A DNA stretch of 64,000 nucleotides. Origin: Marsupella aquatica (Eukaryota > Plantae > Marchantiophyta). A model generated the notes under the pieces. It was not told the origin of the DNA. It saw only the letters and a list, made by a program, of their open reading frames with translations, and did no database searches. Numbering within the stretch: position 1 is the stretch's first letter; every line of letters starts with the position of its first letter. Both the position numbers and the translations under genes were made by a program. Positions 1 to 10,861 of the stretch are shown here, one piece after another. The DNA is taken from contig OZ316892.1 in NCBI GenBank assembly GCA_973895155.1, positions 29,146,932-29,210,931 on the forward strand, read 5' to 3'.

Positions 1-1819
1 AAAACTTCTCACAAAACTCAAAACTCAACACCGCCGCGTAGCCCACAAAGCTAGGAGTCCAATACTGAAAGCCAAAATCAAAATCAAAATTCGATGGAAA
101 AGTTATTCAAATTTTGGTCAGGGTAGGTAAAACCTTGGGAAACTCCCCCATTTTGACCACCTTGGAGAATAACCAAAATACCTAGTACAACCTGTCGTCG
201 GAATTGCGATGTGATCGGTGCGCCGCGGTGCTAACTTCAGTGGCAACGTCCTCGCCGAAAAAGAACCAAAAAAGTTACCGTTCGGCGGACGGAATCTTTG
301 TCGGATGGCCGAAAAACAGCTCTCTGTTTTTCAAGAATATTCCCGCACAGTCCAACAGGGCTCACAGGGGGCCGTTCCCCCTGTCGGAGCGGTTAAAACG
401 GAGGGTCACAGGGCCCGGGATGAGGCACAACCAATGAGGAGGAGGAGAGAAATTTTTTTCAGAAAAACACACTCTAAAGGGGTCTTAAAGCCCCTAGCAA
501 AGGCGCGCGTATTCGCGGCCAGAATCGCGTATAAAAAGCAAAAAACGTGAAAAAACGGGTTTAAAGGGGTCAAAATGCGCATATTTTCGCGTATTTGGGC
601 CGTATATGGGCGTTTTTGGCCGTGTTTGGGCCCAAAAAAGCACATTTTCATGCTTAAAGGGGTGTGGGAGGCTGGTGTGCGCGCCGGGGCGTATGGCGAA
701 CCTGGTTTGTCGGGTATTGGGGCTGTATTGGGGCAAAAAATGCGCTAAACTAACCTTTAAAATGTGCCCAAAATGACACAAAGGCCGTGTTACAAACCTC
801 AGCCGCCTCCGCTTTGGTTTCCAATGAGAAAAGTGATGACCGCCGACATGAAAATGTTTCCAAATTGCACCGGCACGTCTGAAGCTCCACCAGAGAAAGA
901 ACTTTTGTTGCGTCGCCTTCACTCCGCGTCAAGTGCCAATCCCGGACTCAAACGACCGTCTCGCCACAATCTCTCCGTTGAGCCTCAGCACTTCGTGTTT
1001 CTTCCTCCGAGTCAAGCGTCACGACGAGTAATCCGGTTCAGGGAAAAACAAGCACCATAGCTTGTCAAAAAACCAGAACGCCTCCTTCACTCGTCACGAC
1101 GCACTCGTTCTGCAAACGTCAACAAACTAGATACCAAAACGACCAGCACGCTCCAACCTTCAACTTGAACTATCACATGCGACGCCCCGCACACCGCACA
1201 GCTCACACCGTTGAAGAAACGATCTCTGGTTTCTCCCCCGAAATACCGTCGAACACGAATAAACCCTGAACAATGCAAACATCAAATCCTCCGCACCGCG
1301 GATATCGATCAACGAGTTCTAACCACCGTTAGAAAGCCATCTCACTAACCTATCCGCACAACCACATACATTTGAGTTTCATGCGACGAAACTCCGAATG
1401 TACCATCGACAATGAACGCTGGAAAAACCTGTCACGAAAAAACCTCGTCACCTCCCAGGCATGCTCTGATACCACTTGTTGATCATAGACGACATTTGTA
1501 ACAGCAAGCCCATGAACCATCCAACGCACAATAGTCGACACAGAGAGATACGTGGTTCACCTCCACATGAGGCTACGTCCATGGGAACACACAAGAGCTT
1601 TACTGCACTCTAGGCCGACCGGCCATACCAAGCATCCACAGCACAAGCTCTCCTATCCCTCAACTAGCTCCGTAACAATGAGCCTAAGTTCCACCAGGGT
1701 CTGGCATCAGCCCTGGCTATATGCACAACAACACTACCACTAACCTTAGCTAGGTCCTAACCCAAGTTAGCCTAACTGTGGTTAGCACAAGAGTCACAAG
1801 ACTAGAGCAATATCTAACA
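1..1819 (-). mobile_element. 5' part of an LTR retrotransposon: 5' LTR 1819-1477, PBS 1474-1463, internal leader running off the window start
   Basis: The minus strand reads TGTTAG...TCAACA (343 bp), then AG, then TGGTATCAGAGC, the canonical tRNA-iMet primer-binding site (forward gctctgatacca at 1463-1474). The LTR matches the solo LTR at 30284-30640. No recognisable gag ORF in the 1.4 kb after the PBS. Confidence 0.88.
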
Positions 1820-2050
1820 GTTGTGTGGTGAAGGAGAGTCTGGATTTCAATCCATCTAGAGTGCACCTTATTGCAGAGGTAAAAGAGGTGCTCCGTGTTT
1901 TCATACCCACCGTTGCAGCGTTCACAGGTTCCGTTACACTCCCCATCTGCTGGCCCTACCATTCGTGAAAAACCCCTGTTGAATCAATCTCCACATAAAG
2001 AGTCTGACTTTAGGGAAAGTCCATCCGCCCCACATCTTACTCCATTTCAA
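1820..2050 (-). mobile_element. L1-type LINE ORF2 C-terminal fragment (zf-RVT zinc finger), interrupted by the LTR element
   Basis: Minus-strand translation gives KVRLLMWRLIQQGFFTNGRASRWGV, then a frameshift, then GTCERCNGGYENTEHLFYLCNKV. This is the typical plant LINE zf-RVT pattern (W..CxxC...E..EHLF..C). It ends at the LTR boundary. Confidence 0.8.
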
Positions 2051-2178
2051 TTCATCTGCACAATTTGGCAAGTGCATAACACAAACTTTAATATTTTCTC
2101 AAGGTTTTGGCCCTTTGTATTTTTTAGAGCATTTATTTCCTTGTATGCACACCTTGTCTTGAGGAGTGAGTTATGCAA

Positions 2179-2380
2179 TGCCCCAGCAATCTAGGTATAG
2201 TTATGTAACTGGGAATGCAACTCAGAATATACAAGTTTTTTCACACAAAATAGAAAAATGGCCATGACCAGGCTTTGTATGATAAAAGCCATTTTATCAT
2301 GCCCCAGCAACCTAGGTATAGTTATGTAACTGGGTATGCAACTCAGAATATAAATGTTTATAATACAATATAGAAAATGG
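2179..2380. repeat. Tandem duplication, about 120-bp period, 2 copies
   Basis: tgccccagcaa(t/c)ctaggtatagttatgtaactggg(a/t)atgcaactcagaatata occurs at about 2179 and 2299. Confidence 0.85.
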
Positions 2381-4097
2381 CTTTGTATCAAAGAATGCAA
2401 AATTCAAAGCATTTTCATCCTATTTTTCTTTACACCCTATTGCATGACCTTCACTTGAATATCTTACTTTCTTTGTTTATTTCCAAAACTTACTCAAATT
2501 TTTCACTTTAAGTTAAAGTTCTCATTATGTGCATTCTGGGCCATAATGTTCCCTCAAACTTGGGCTAAAGTATATTTATTGGGACATTATCAACATTTTT
2601 TAGTGGCAAAATTTGGCTAGGTTCCACCTTTCCAAAAACTTTTTGCATCGCCCATTGGCCAGTTGGATAGATTCCACTTCTTCAAAGGCTTTCCATCTCC
2701 CATTGGCCAGTTTCTCACCTAGCTAGCGACAAACCCCTTTGCCAGAATCTAACTGTCATCCTTAAAACTAGGGAGATCTGAGGGTTAGAAACAATGTATA
2801 AAAAATCAAAGAATATATATTCCTAGCATCTTCTCTTTCACACATTGGCAAGAAAGAAAATACCTTAAAAGATTATGCTGAACACCCACACACTAGGTGG
2901 CCCGGAGTCCTCACTTCCTTTCTTCACATTGTGTGCGAAGAAGTTAGGGTTTTCAAGTCAATTGCGCAAAAGACTTGAAATTTTTTGTGGAAGAAATGTA
3001 GGGGTATTTTAATCCAATTTTGATAATTATAAGAACTATAGGGTTTTTAATACCAAATATGGGAATATTCTTAGAATATTCCTTACAATTAGGGGAAAAT
3101 AGTGGAAATCTATTTTAATTTCCTAAGTTTTAGGGGCCTTGAGCTAGGTGGCAACAATTTTCTGGCCCAAGCTAGCTTCCATGGCTGATGGTATAAGTTG
3201 GATAGAAAACACCTCAACGATTTTACACGTTCTGTATCTTCTACAATATTTAGGAGTCCAATTCTGGTCATGACTGTCCTGCTCCGTCGGAGGGTGATGT
3301 GGGGGGGGGGGGGGGGCGGGGAATGTTCGTTGCTTGCCAGGCTGCCGCTATCATCCAAAAAATTGGAATTTCTATTCATTGTCAACGTTTTGTGTCATAG
3401 CACACGGGATCTCCAGGTTGGCCCATGGGCGAAGGACAAAATCAAGCTCCTCAACAGTCAAGTGGATGTGAAATCACTTATCCACTGCTGCAAGTGCCTC
3501 GTGTCATACATATGGGACTCCTCATACCTGAAATCCTCAAACCCCACAATTGCACTTCCTAAGTGCATGAAACTACCATGTGCAGTTGTCCTAGCATATT
3601 TGTTGCAGTAATTGATTAATTCATGTGCAGTCTTATAGATAGAAATGTCATTATGCATTTGTCTTGTAGTGAGTTAACCTGCACTTACATATGGCGCATT
3701 TATAAAGGAGATTATCATAATATTAGGGGACAACAAGATAGACCTGCATTTACCCACAAAATGCACTTACACACATTGTACTTATCCAAGGTAGAAAATG
3801 ATTGGCTGTAACTCACATACAACCCTGATTTGACACCCCTCATACCCTATAGCTAGGCCTGGTGTCTAAACTTTTCTGGCCCAAGCAAGCTTCCATGGCT
3901 GATGGTATACATTGGACCGTTGTGCACCTTGGATTGTCCACACTCAAGGGACCTTCTAACCAGTACATTAGGGAGTGTCAAAGACCTGCCATAAGCAAGG
4001 TCTTATGACTGACTTTTTGAAGGACTTGGAAGGGTTGTCAAATTTTGACCCAAAGTGACTCAGCAACGCCGCTAAAGTGACTCAGCGAGGTCGCTGG

Positions 4098-4230
4098 TGT
4101 TGTAGATTTAGAGTATTGAAGTTGTTATTGTTTGAAGTATTTTGGCAAGGGTCCCCAAAGGGACTCAGCGAGAAGTTGTTATTGTTTGAAGTATTTCGGC
4201 GAGGGTCCCCAAAGGGAATCAGCGAGGCCA
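4098..4230. repeat. Tandem duplication, about 53-bp unit, 2 copies
   Basis: gaagttgttattgtttgaagtattt(t/c)ggc(a/g)agggtccccaaaggga occurs twice. Confidence 0.85.
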
Positions 4231-4306
4231 CCAAAGGGATGTATGCAATAGGCGAGGACACTGAACTAAAGTGATATGGGTGACTCATGACTAGAATTAA
4301 CAACCT

Positions 4307-4604
4307 AACCAATTGGCTTAGGTCAATTGGCTAGGGGATTTGCCTGGAACTGAGAGGTCCCGGGTTCAATGGGTGTGTGGGTGGGATGGGTTTTGTGGGT
4401 AGTGGATTGGAGTTCTGATTATCTGCTCGGCCCCTGGTCGTCCACTTTGTGGCCCTGATTTAATCCTCTCTCCTTCCTGGTGCGGGTCCCTGTCGGATCC
4501 GTTGGGGCTCACCCTGGTCTGGGTTCCCTACAGAAATATTGTCACATTGGGATGGGGGGAGTCTAATTGTATTTCCTCCCCATTTCCTTTCAAGACAAAA
4601 AAAA
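4307..4604 (+). mobile_element. tRNA-derived SINE, about 300 bp, full length
   Basis: Perfect 14-bp TSD AGAATTAACAACCT at 4293-4306 and 4605-4618. The head has an A-box-like TGGCTTAGGTCAATTGG and a B-box-like GAGGTCCCGGGTTCAAT. It ends in an A-rich tail (caagacaaaaaaaa). Confidence 0.85.
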
Positions 4605-4963
4605 AGAATTAACAACCTCTCTTTCACACCTCTCTTTCACACGGGCTTCTATAATCTTCTGGCTTAATAAGCCACCTTTCATGGCTGACGGTATACTGGA
4701 CAGTGGACACGTTGTGCACCTTGGATTGTCCAGACTCGAGGGGAACCTTTTCAGCTTGAATGGGTTGGGTTTTTATCATTCTTTATTGTTTATTAAATGA
4801 CTGGCGTGCAATTTTCGATAGAGCGATTTTTGTTCACACTTTTAGTGATCGGTCTGCCTGTTCTCCTACAGCCTTGGGAATCCTCGAGCTTGTCGTGCTT
4901 CAGAATTACTTCGCTCTCTTAGAGAGATTGGGTTGAGAGGATTCGTTCCCACAAGCTTCCGTC

Positions 4964-5929
4964 ATGGCGATGGCGGCATTGCAAGCTATGGGATGCTCTC
5001 GAGCTGCAGTGGCAGCAGCAGTCTTCTCTGGGGCACCCTCAGGTTGTTGTAGAGCTCCTGAAGCTGGTTTGTCTGTGATTCTGCCACAACAACGTCGAAG
5101 GAGAGGAGGACTCCATAGCTCATCTTCCACATCCTGCAGGGCTGCCAATGTTGGGCGGAAGTTTTCGAGATTGGATGTGCATGCAGGAATCAAAGTTGAT
5201 GAGAGGAGGTTGGAGCCCGCTGAGGAGGAGGCCAAGGAAATGGAGATTCTGGGCGATTCTAGCGGGTTTTATGAGAAGGCCTTCCTAGCCGCTGCCATTG
5301 CTCTCATGCCTCTGGTGGATGTGGAGGCCGCGTCCGCAGCAGGTGGAGAGTTCGGTTTGCTGGAAGGAAGGAGTGTGGCACTCCTTCATCCGATAGTGAT
5401 GGGTGGATTGTTCGCCTACACTATTTATGCGGGCTACTTGGGTTGGCAATGGAGGCGCGTCCGAACTATCCAAAACGACATAGCCGAGCTGAAGAAACAG
5501 GTCCAAAAGGTTACAGTTGCAGCAGGAGATAAGTCTGCTCCGCCACCACCGCCATCACCCGTCGAGGCCCAAATCAATTCCCTTACCGAGGAAAGGAAAG
5601 AGCTGGTCAAAGGTGGCTTTAGGGATAAACACTTCAATGCTGGTTCAATCCTGCTTGGTTTGGGAGTTTTTGAAGCCGTTGGCGGTGCAGTGAACACCTG
5701 GTTTAGAACTGGAAAGCTATTTCCTGGGCCACATCTGTTTGCTGGTGCGACTATCACCATCTGCTGGGCGCTAGCTGCTTCCCTTGTGCCTTCCATGCAG
5801 AAAGGCAATGAAACTGCACGAAATCTCCACATTGGGCTGAATCTGGTCAATGTTGCGCTTTTCGTTTGGCAAATTCCAACAGGATGGGAAATAGTACTGA
5901 AAGTTTTCGAGTTCACCAAATGGCCTTGA
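4964..5929 (+). CDS. DUF4079 family chloroplast membrane protein (At3g61870-like), 321 aa, intronless
   Basis: Complete ORF with a Ser/Arg/Ala-rich transit-peptide-like N-terminus. Conserved blocks include EFGLLEGRSVALLHPIVMGGLF, YLGWQWRRVRTIQ, RDKHFNAGSILL, GKLFPGPHLFAG and ARNLHIGLN...WQIPTG. It has several hydrophobic segments with conserved His residues. Confidence 0.92.
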   Translation: MAMAALQAMGCSRAAVAAAVFSGAPSGCCRAPEAGLSVILPQQRRRRGGLHSSSSTSCRAANVGRKFSRLDVHAGIKVDERRLEPAEEEAKEMEILGDSSGFYEKAFLAAAIALMPLVDVEAASAAGGEFGLLEGRSVALLHPIVMGGLFAYTIYAGYLGWQWRRVRTIQNDIAELKKQVQKVTVAAGDKSAPPPPPSPVEAQINSLTEERKELVKGGFRDKHFNAGSILLGLGVFEAVGGAVNTWFRTGKLFPGPHLFAGATITICWALAASLVPSMQKGNETARNLHIGLNLVNVALFVWQIPTGWEIVLKVFEFTKWP

Positions 5930-7888
5930 ACATCGTCGCATTTTACACGGTTGCCTGGGAATCTACAGTAGGTAGGCGCTTTGGATGATTGGTGTTTTCG
6001 TACCTCTAGCGTTTCCCTGGGTAAATCCTGTGCATGAACTCCGGCAATGAAAAGGAGGCAGAGTTGTTTCCGGCTGATAGATACGTATTGTCACCTGTCA
6101 TTCACTAGTTTGGCATCAATAATGCACTGACGTTCACTGGTAGAGGTCCCTCGTTTGTACATATCCTGAGCAATGACTTTCCATCAAGATTCGTTCTTCA
6201 TTACATTGATGCATATTTTGAAGACGACATTGGTTCATATTTTGAACCTCACTAAAGTCCCCTGTCGTTGGCTGATGAAATAAGAGTAAGATGGATGGGC
6301 TGCCTCTTTTTGAAAAGAAAATTTGGAATTGGCGTTTGTGTGCCCATCTTTGGTTTTTTTTACGGTTTCTTTCGTCTTCATTATGCCATCTTTCGGCTAT
6401 TTTTCTGGGTTTGGATGTGTCTGATCATGCTTTGCCTCGCTTTAATTGGGGATTGGGAGCACGTATCATCTGTTTCGGAAGTAGCAATGCCCGACGATTT
6501 CTCAAAATTGTTGTACTGAAGGAAGAGCCAAGTATTGACCTCTTGCCTTTGGTAGTCACTTCCATTGTAAATTTTTCTGTGTCTTGTTCCCCTAGAAGAA
6601 CAACTTCCATGGACTTGAAAGGAGATGCAGAGGTGTGCTAAATACTAGTTGAGTCACTGACCGATGCTCGCACAGTTTAGCTCTCGGTCGTGATTGCAGA
6701 CTTCCTCTTCTTGGAGTCCCACGTAGAGGGCAAGGCGAAGGTACTAACTATCAGGGGAAGGAGAGAAATTGTGGACATCGTGGTTTTGACGAAAGCAAAG
6801 AGGCAGGTTATTTTCCTAATGAAGTTGACGGAGCACTAAGGGTAAATGAAACCTTTCTCTGCATTCCTTCTCGATCGAGTAGAGGTATTTCAACGGCAAG
6901 ACAAAAACAGAGAACTAACATTCTCCATAGTATCAGTAGATCGCCTGTGGGCATTGTGGTTGTCGCCGGTTGTAGGTTGCAACATGAGGGATGAATTGCC
7001 AGCATAGAAGACTTGGTGAATTCAGCAGAGCATGACTGGGAAGGTCTGGAAGTGACTACGTCCAGGATGATGAACAGGTCGAGGTCGACTTTGAGGACAT
7101 AAGCGCTGGTTATGGGCCCACATCAGGCAAGCTCATTGGTTTCTTGTGAAATTGTAGGCAGATTGCAGTCGTTAGTTTTGGGCGAATGCACCTCCACACA
7201 TGTCGGAGCCCCAATCGATGACTAATTTGGGTTGCGTGCCGGCATGTCAAGTTATTGCAGTCGGGAGTTTTGGGTCAGTCCACTGTCACCATCCATGAAA
7301 ATGCCCCAATTCGTCTGGACAGGAGGAGAGAACTCTATTGGAAATGAAGTTTTGTCTGAAAACGCCATCCAATCCTTTAATTAATAAACCAGCGAAAGGA
7401 AGGATTCATCATTGTACTCTTCTAGGATTTCAACAGGTATCCAGGGTTGATTGTCAAGAGAGTCACATACTTTACTGTCACTCCTTTTCCTTGCAACATA
7501 TAAGGGGTTAGGTTTAAATGGTTTTTTGCTAGGGTGGAGAACATCACCATGCATGAAGGAGAAGCTGTTAAAAACATTCCTTTATCTCATATTCCTAGAC
7601 TAAGTTTTGATTCGTCAGATCTCACTAGATTGAAAATAACAGCCAGATGTTAGCTAATGGGCTCTGTGGGTGGGTGGCAAACTGGCTAATTCGAGCCTGT
7701 CAAACCAGTGCCATAAAGGAGGTAAGGCCGGCCTAGGACATAAGGAGTTACGGGCTACCAAAATACAAGCCCCATAAGAATCTTATATCTGCCCAGAAAG
7801 GCCTGTCCAGAAAGGCCTGTCTAGGACGCAGTGAGTTACCGGTTACCTAAATACAAGCCCCAATTTTTTTTTACATTTGCCCAGAGAG

Positions 7889-8163
7889 CTCACTTGAATT
7901 GAGACTAGTAGATCTAGAGTTCAAATGTAGTGATTCACTATTCCATTTCTTTGGGGTTTCACAGATTTCCCCTTAATTAAAATAGATAAATAAACAAGAA
8001 TCTTACTTTTAAAAGGTTTCGTCCATATGTGGTACTCACTTGAGTTGAGACTCATAGATTTGGAGTTCAAATTGTGATTCATTCTTCCCTTTGTGTGAGG
8101 TTTCACGAACTCCTTAATTAAAAAGAAAACAAACAAACAAGAATCTTCCTTCTAAAAGTTTTC
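7889..8163. repeat. Diverged tandem duplication, about 146-bp period
   Basis: ctcacttga(a/g)ttgagact...gagttcaaat...ggtttcac...ttaattaaaa...aacaagaatctt occurs at about 7889 and 8035. Confidence 0.75.
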
Positions 8164-8999
8164 AGCCTATGACTTGCTTATGGCAATAGTTTGCTTAGGG
8201 CAATAGTTTGCAGGCCTTAGTGAAGACAAAAAACCTGGACACTTTATGCCAAAAGTGACTAAGACTTTTCAATGAGGTGGAATTTGGCCAAGTTCCACCA
8301 CTAAACAGAACTCTGGTCCCATCTTCTCTGCGCTGCCTCCTCCCCCCCACTTTCTCCAATGTTTCCTGTATATGAGAATTTTTGCACAGTGTGAAGGGGC
8401 TTGTGAGTGATACAAAGCTATTTATGAAAAATTTAGTGACCTGTTCACCAAAATCCATGGTCCCTATTTCACCATACATAGATGTACTGTATCTGTCTTA
8501 TTGTGACTGTACAAATACAAAAACTATTCTTCAAGGCCTATGTCTAGAGTGAAACCTCTACACTGTGACTTTGGGGGCGTGATTGAAATTTAGAGTATGA
8601 GTGAAAAACAAAGATTTGGGGCATGGTGAATCTCTGAAAATGGCAGACCTAATCTTGGAAAATGGCACAGTTGGCTTGAATGTCCTCACCTTTACTTATG
8701 CTTCAAAAAGGGGCACTCTAGGTACAGTACAATTTGAACAAGTGCAGGCCGACCGTGTAGTCTTCTAATTTTAGAAAGATCTTGTTCACAACTGTGCCAA
8801 AAATGGTATTTTGCATAAGTGCAGGCTGATCCTCACTAACAACAAATATGTGACTGCATTATGTCTATAGGAGTATACATACCTTTATCAGTTACTGCAA
8901 TTCATACACAAGAAACATATATTGATAACTGCAGCCAAAATTACATAAAGTGGTTTCTTGCACTTGTCCAGATGATTGATACAGTATGAACGTTCATGG

Positions 9000-9865
9000 T
9001 TTGTGGTTTAGTGATGGGCAACCTGCACTTACAAACAGTGCAGTTTTTGGTGCAATCACAAAGTAATTTCCTGTATTTTTGGGTGCATTTACAAAGAAAT
9101 TTGCTCTATTATTGAGGGCCTACACTGCCACCTTGCAGTGCCCTTATATATTTGTGATTTAGTGATGGGCAGCCTGCACTTACAAACAGTGCATTTTTTT
9201 GGGTGCATTCACAAACCAATTTCCTGTATTTTTGGGTGCATTTACAAAAACATTTGCTCTGTTATTGAGTGACTACACTACCGCAATGCAGTGCCCTTAT
9301 ATATTTGTGGTTTAGTGATGGCAACATGCACTTACAAAAGTTGCATTTTTCTGGTGCATTCACAAACCAATTTCCTGTATTTTTGGGTGCATTTACAAAA
9401 ACATTTGCTCTATTATTGAGTGACTACACTACCACCATGCAGTGCCCTTATATATTTTTGGTTTAGTGATGGCAACCTGCACTTACAAACCGTGCATTTT
9501 TTTGGTGCATTCAGAAAGTAATTTCCTGTATTTTTGGGTGTATTTACAAAGAAATTTGCTCTATTATTGAGTGACTACACTACCACCATGCAGTGCCCTT
9601 ATATATTTGTGGTTTAGCGATGGGCAACCTGCACTTACAAGCAGTGCATTTTTTGGTGCATTCACATAGTAATTTCATGTATTTTGGGGTGCATTTACAA
9701 AGAAATTTTCTCTATTATTGAGTGACTACACTACCACCTTGCAGTGCCCTTATATATTTGCTGTTTAGTGATGGGCAACTTGCACTTCCAAGCAATGCAT
9801 TTTCTGGTGCATTTATAAATAAATTTGCTCTATTATTGAGGGACTACACGACCACCTTGCAGTTA
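9000..9865. repeat. Tandem array, about 151-bp unit, about 5.7 copies
   Basis: The anchor tttag(t/c)gatgg recurs at 9007, 9158, 9311, 9462, 9613 and 9764. Units are near-identical with no unique spacers. Confidence 0.95.
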
Positions 9866-10104
9866 CACGGAATGCAGTTATCCACTGTAGACTGTAGTGC
9901 TCATCGGACTGTACACGCCCTGAACATGAATGGGTTCCCAAGCTCTTTCCCTCTCTCCCCTCCCCTCTCGTTCCTTCAATCCTCTGCTCGGCTGAGGTTT
10001 TAGTGGCACGAGAATCAGCCGAGCAACAAGGCTCTGCATTCGGCCGAGCACAAAAGAGCAGAATAGAGCAGTAGAGCAATTTTGGTATCATTTCGTTGGA
10101 GATA

Positions 10105-10147
10105 TTGTTGTGTTGTGTTGAGTTCTGTTGTTGTTGTTGTTGTTTTG
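10105..10147. repeat. (GTT)n microsatellite in the presumed NOV 5' leader
   Basis: ttgttgtgttgtgttg...tgttgttgttgttgttgtt. Confidence 0.75.
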
Positions 10148-10861
10148 GTTGGAGATGGCCGCGATTGCAGCTACTGTGGTCGGTGCTGCTCTCGGATCCG
10201 TTGCTGCAAGGGAGACGGCTGCAACCCTAGTGTGGATCTCGATCGGAGGCCACAGCGAGCGGTCTTTGAGGGATTCGACGACTGTCCGGTGCCGTTCTCC
10301 CATTTTTCCCACTTCAACTGGGTTTCCCGTGTTCGTATCCACTGGGGTAGAAGTGGGCACTCAAGAGAAGCTTTTCTGTGGTCTGCGTGACAATAATGCC
10401 TGATCTGGAATGTATGGCGTCGTCATCTGTTGGATTCTAGGGTTTTTACCAACAGAATGATATCTTATTTGCTACCTGGCTGCAATCTGTGTTGAGCCTT
10501 GTGGACTATATCATAGAAATTGGTTTTCCGAGTGCTTTGTAAGTCTGTGAACAGTGGCCTTGATATAGAAACTATAACTCGCCTTGGAGGTTTCAAGGTA
10601 ACACTCAGGTCCTGTGTACATCTCTCGAGATTGTGGTTGGAGGTGTCCACGTAGAATGAGGACTGCGGCACTTGAGAGTTGATGATCGAAAAGCCAATTG
10701 GTTCAAGCATGTTAGTTTTTTTCCGTGCTTTCCGTCCCAAGAAGTGAGTGCATTCCATTGTATTTGCACGATTTATGCCCAATGTCGTGCTAGTTTAGCG
10801 CAATTCTTGAAAATTTTGTAGAGTAAGCTCAGGGTTTATCGTCTTGTGAGGGTTTTAGACC

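Larger units (their letters stand above)
3158..4750 (+). repeat. Three dispersed, diverged copies of a 45-85 bp motif (about 3158, 3872, 4678)
   Basis: Shared core (t/c)catggctga(t/c)ggtata. The last two copies also share cgttgtgcaccttggattgtcca. Confidence 0.7.

Noticed and set aside
204-1060. Several overlapping 60-140 aa ORFs
   Set aside because: They lie within the LTR-element leader, show no gag or other motifs and mostly use alternative starts.
4307-4375. tRNA gene
   Set aside because: Only A/B-box-like words are present and there is no complete cloverleaf. It is embedded in a TSD-flanked, A-tailed element, so it is a SINE head.
5434-5919. Long antisense ORFs over the DUF4079, NOV and PME exons
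   Set aside because: Shadow frames of real coding sequence with no independent evidence.
6400-7500. Possible decayed retroelement ORF (similar hints at 23900-24600, 37400-38450 and 47950-48700)
   Set aside because: Coding-like composition, but I could not identify a diagnostic motif by eye, so it is left unannotated.
9000-9865. CRISPR-like array (also considered for the arrays at 42.5, 55.6, 61 and 63 kb)
   Set aside because: Units are contiguous and similar along their whole length with no unique spacers. The context is eukaryotic and there are no cas genes.
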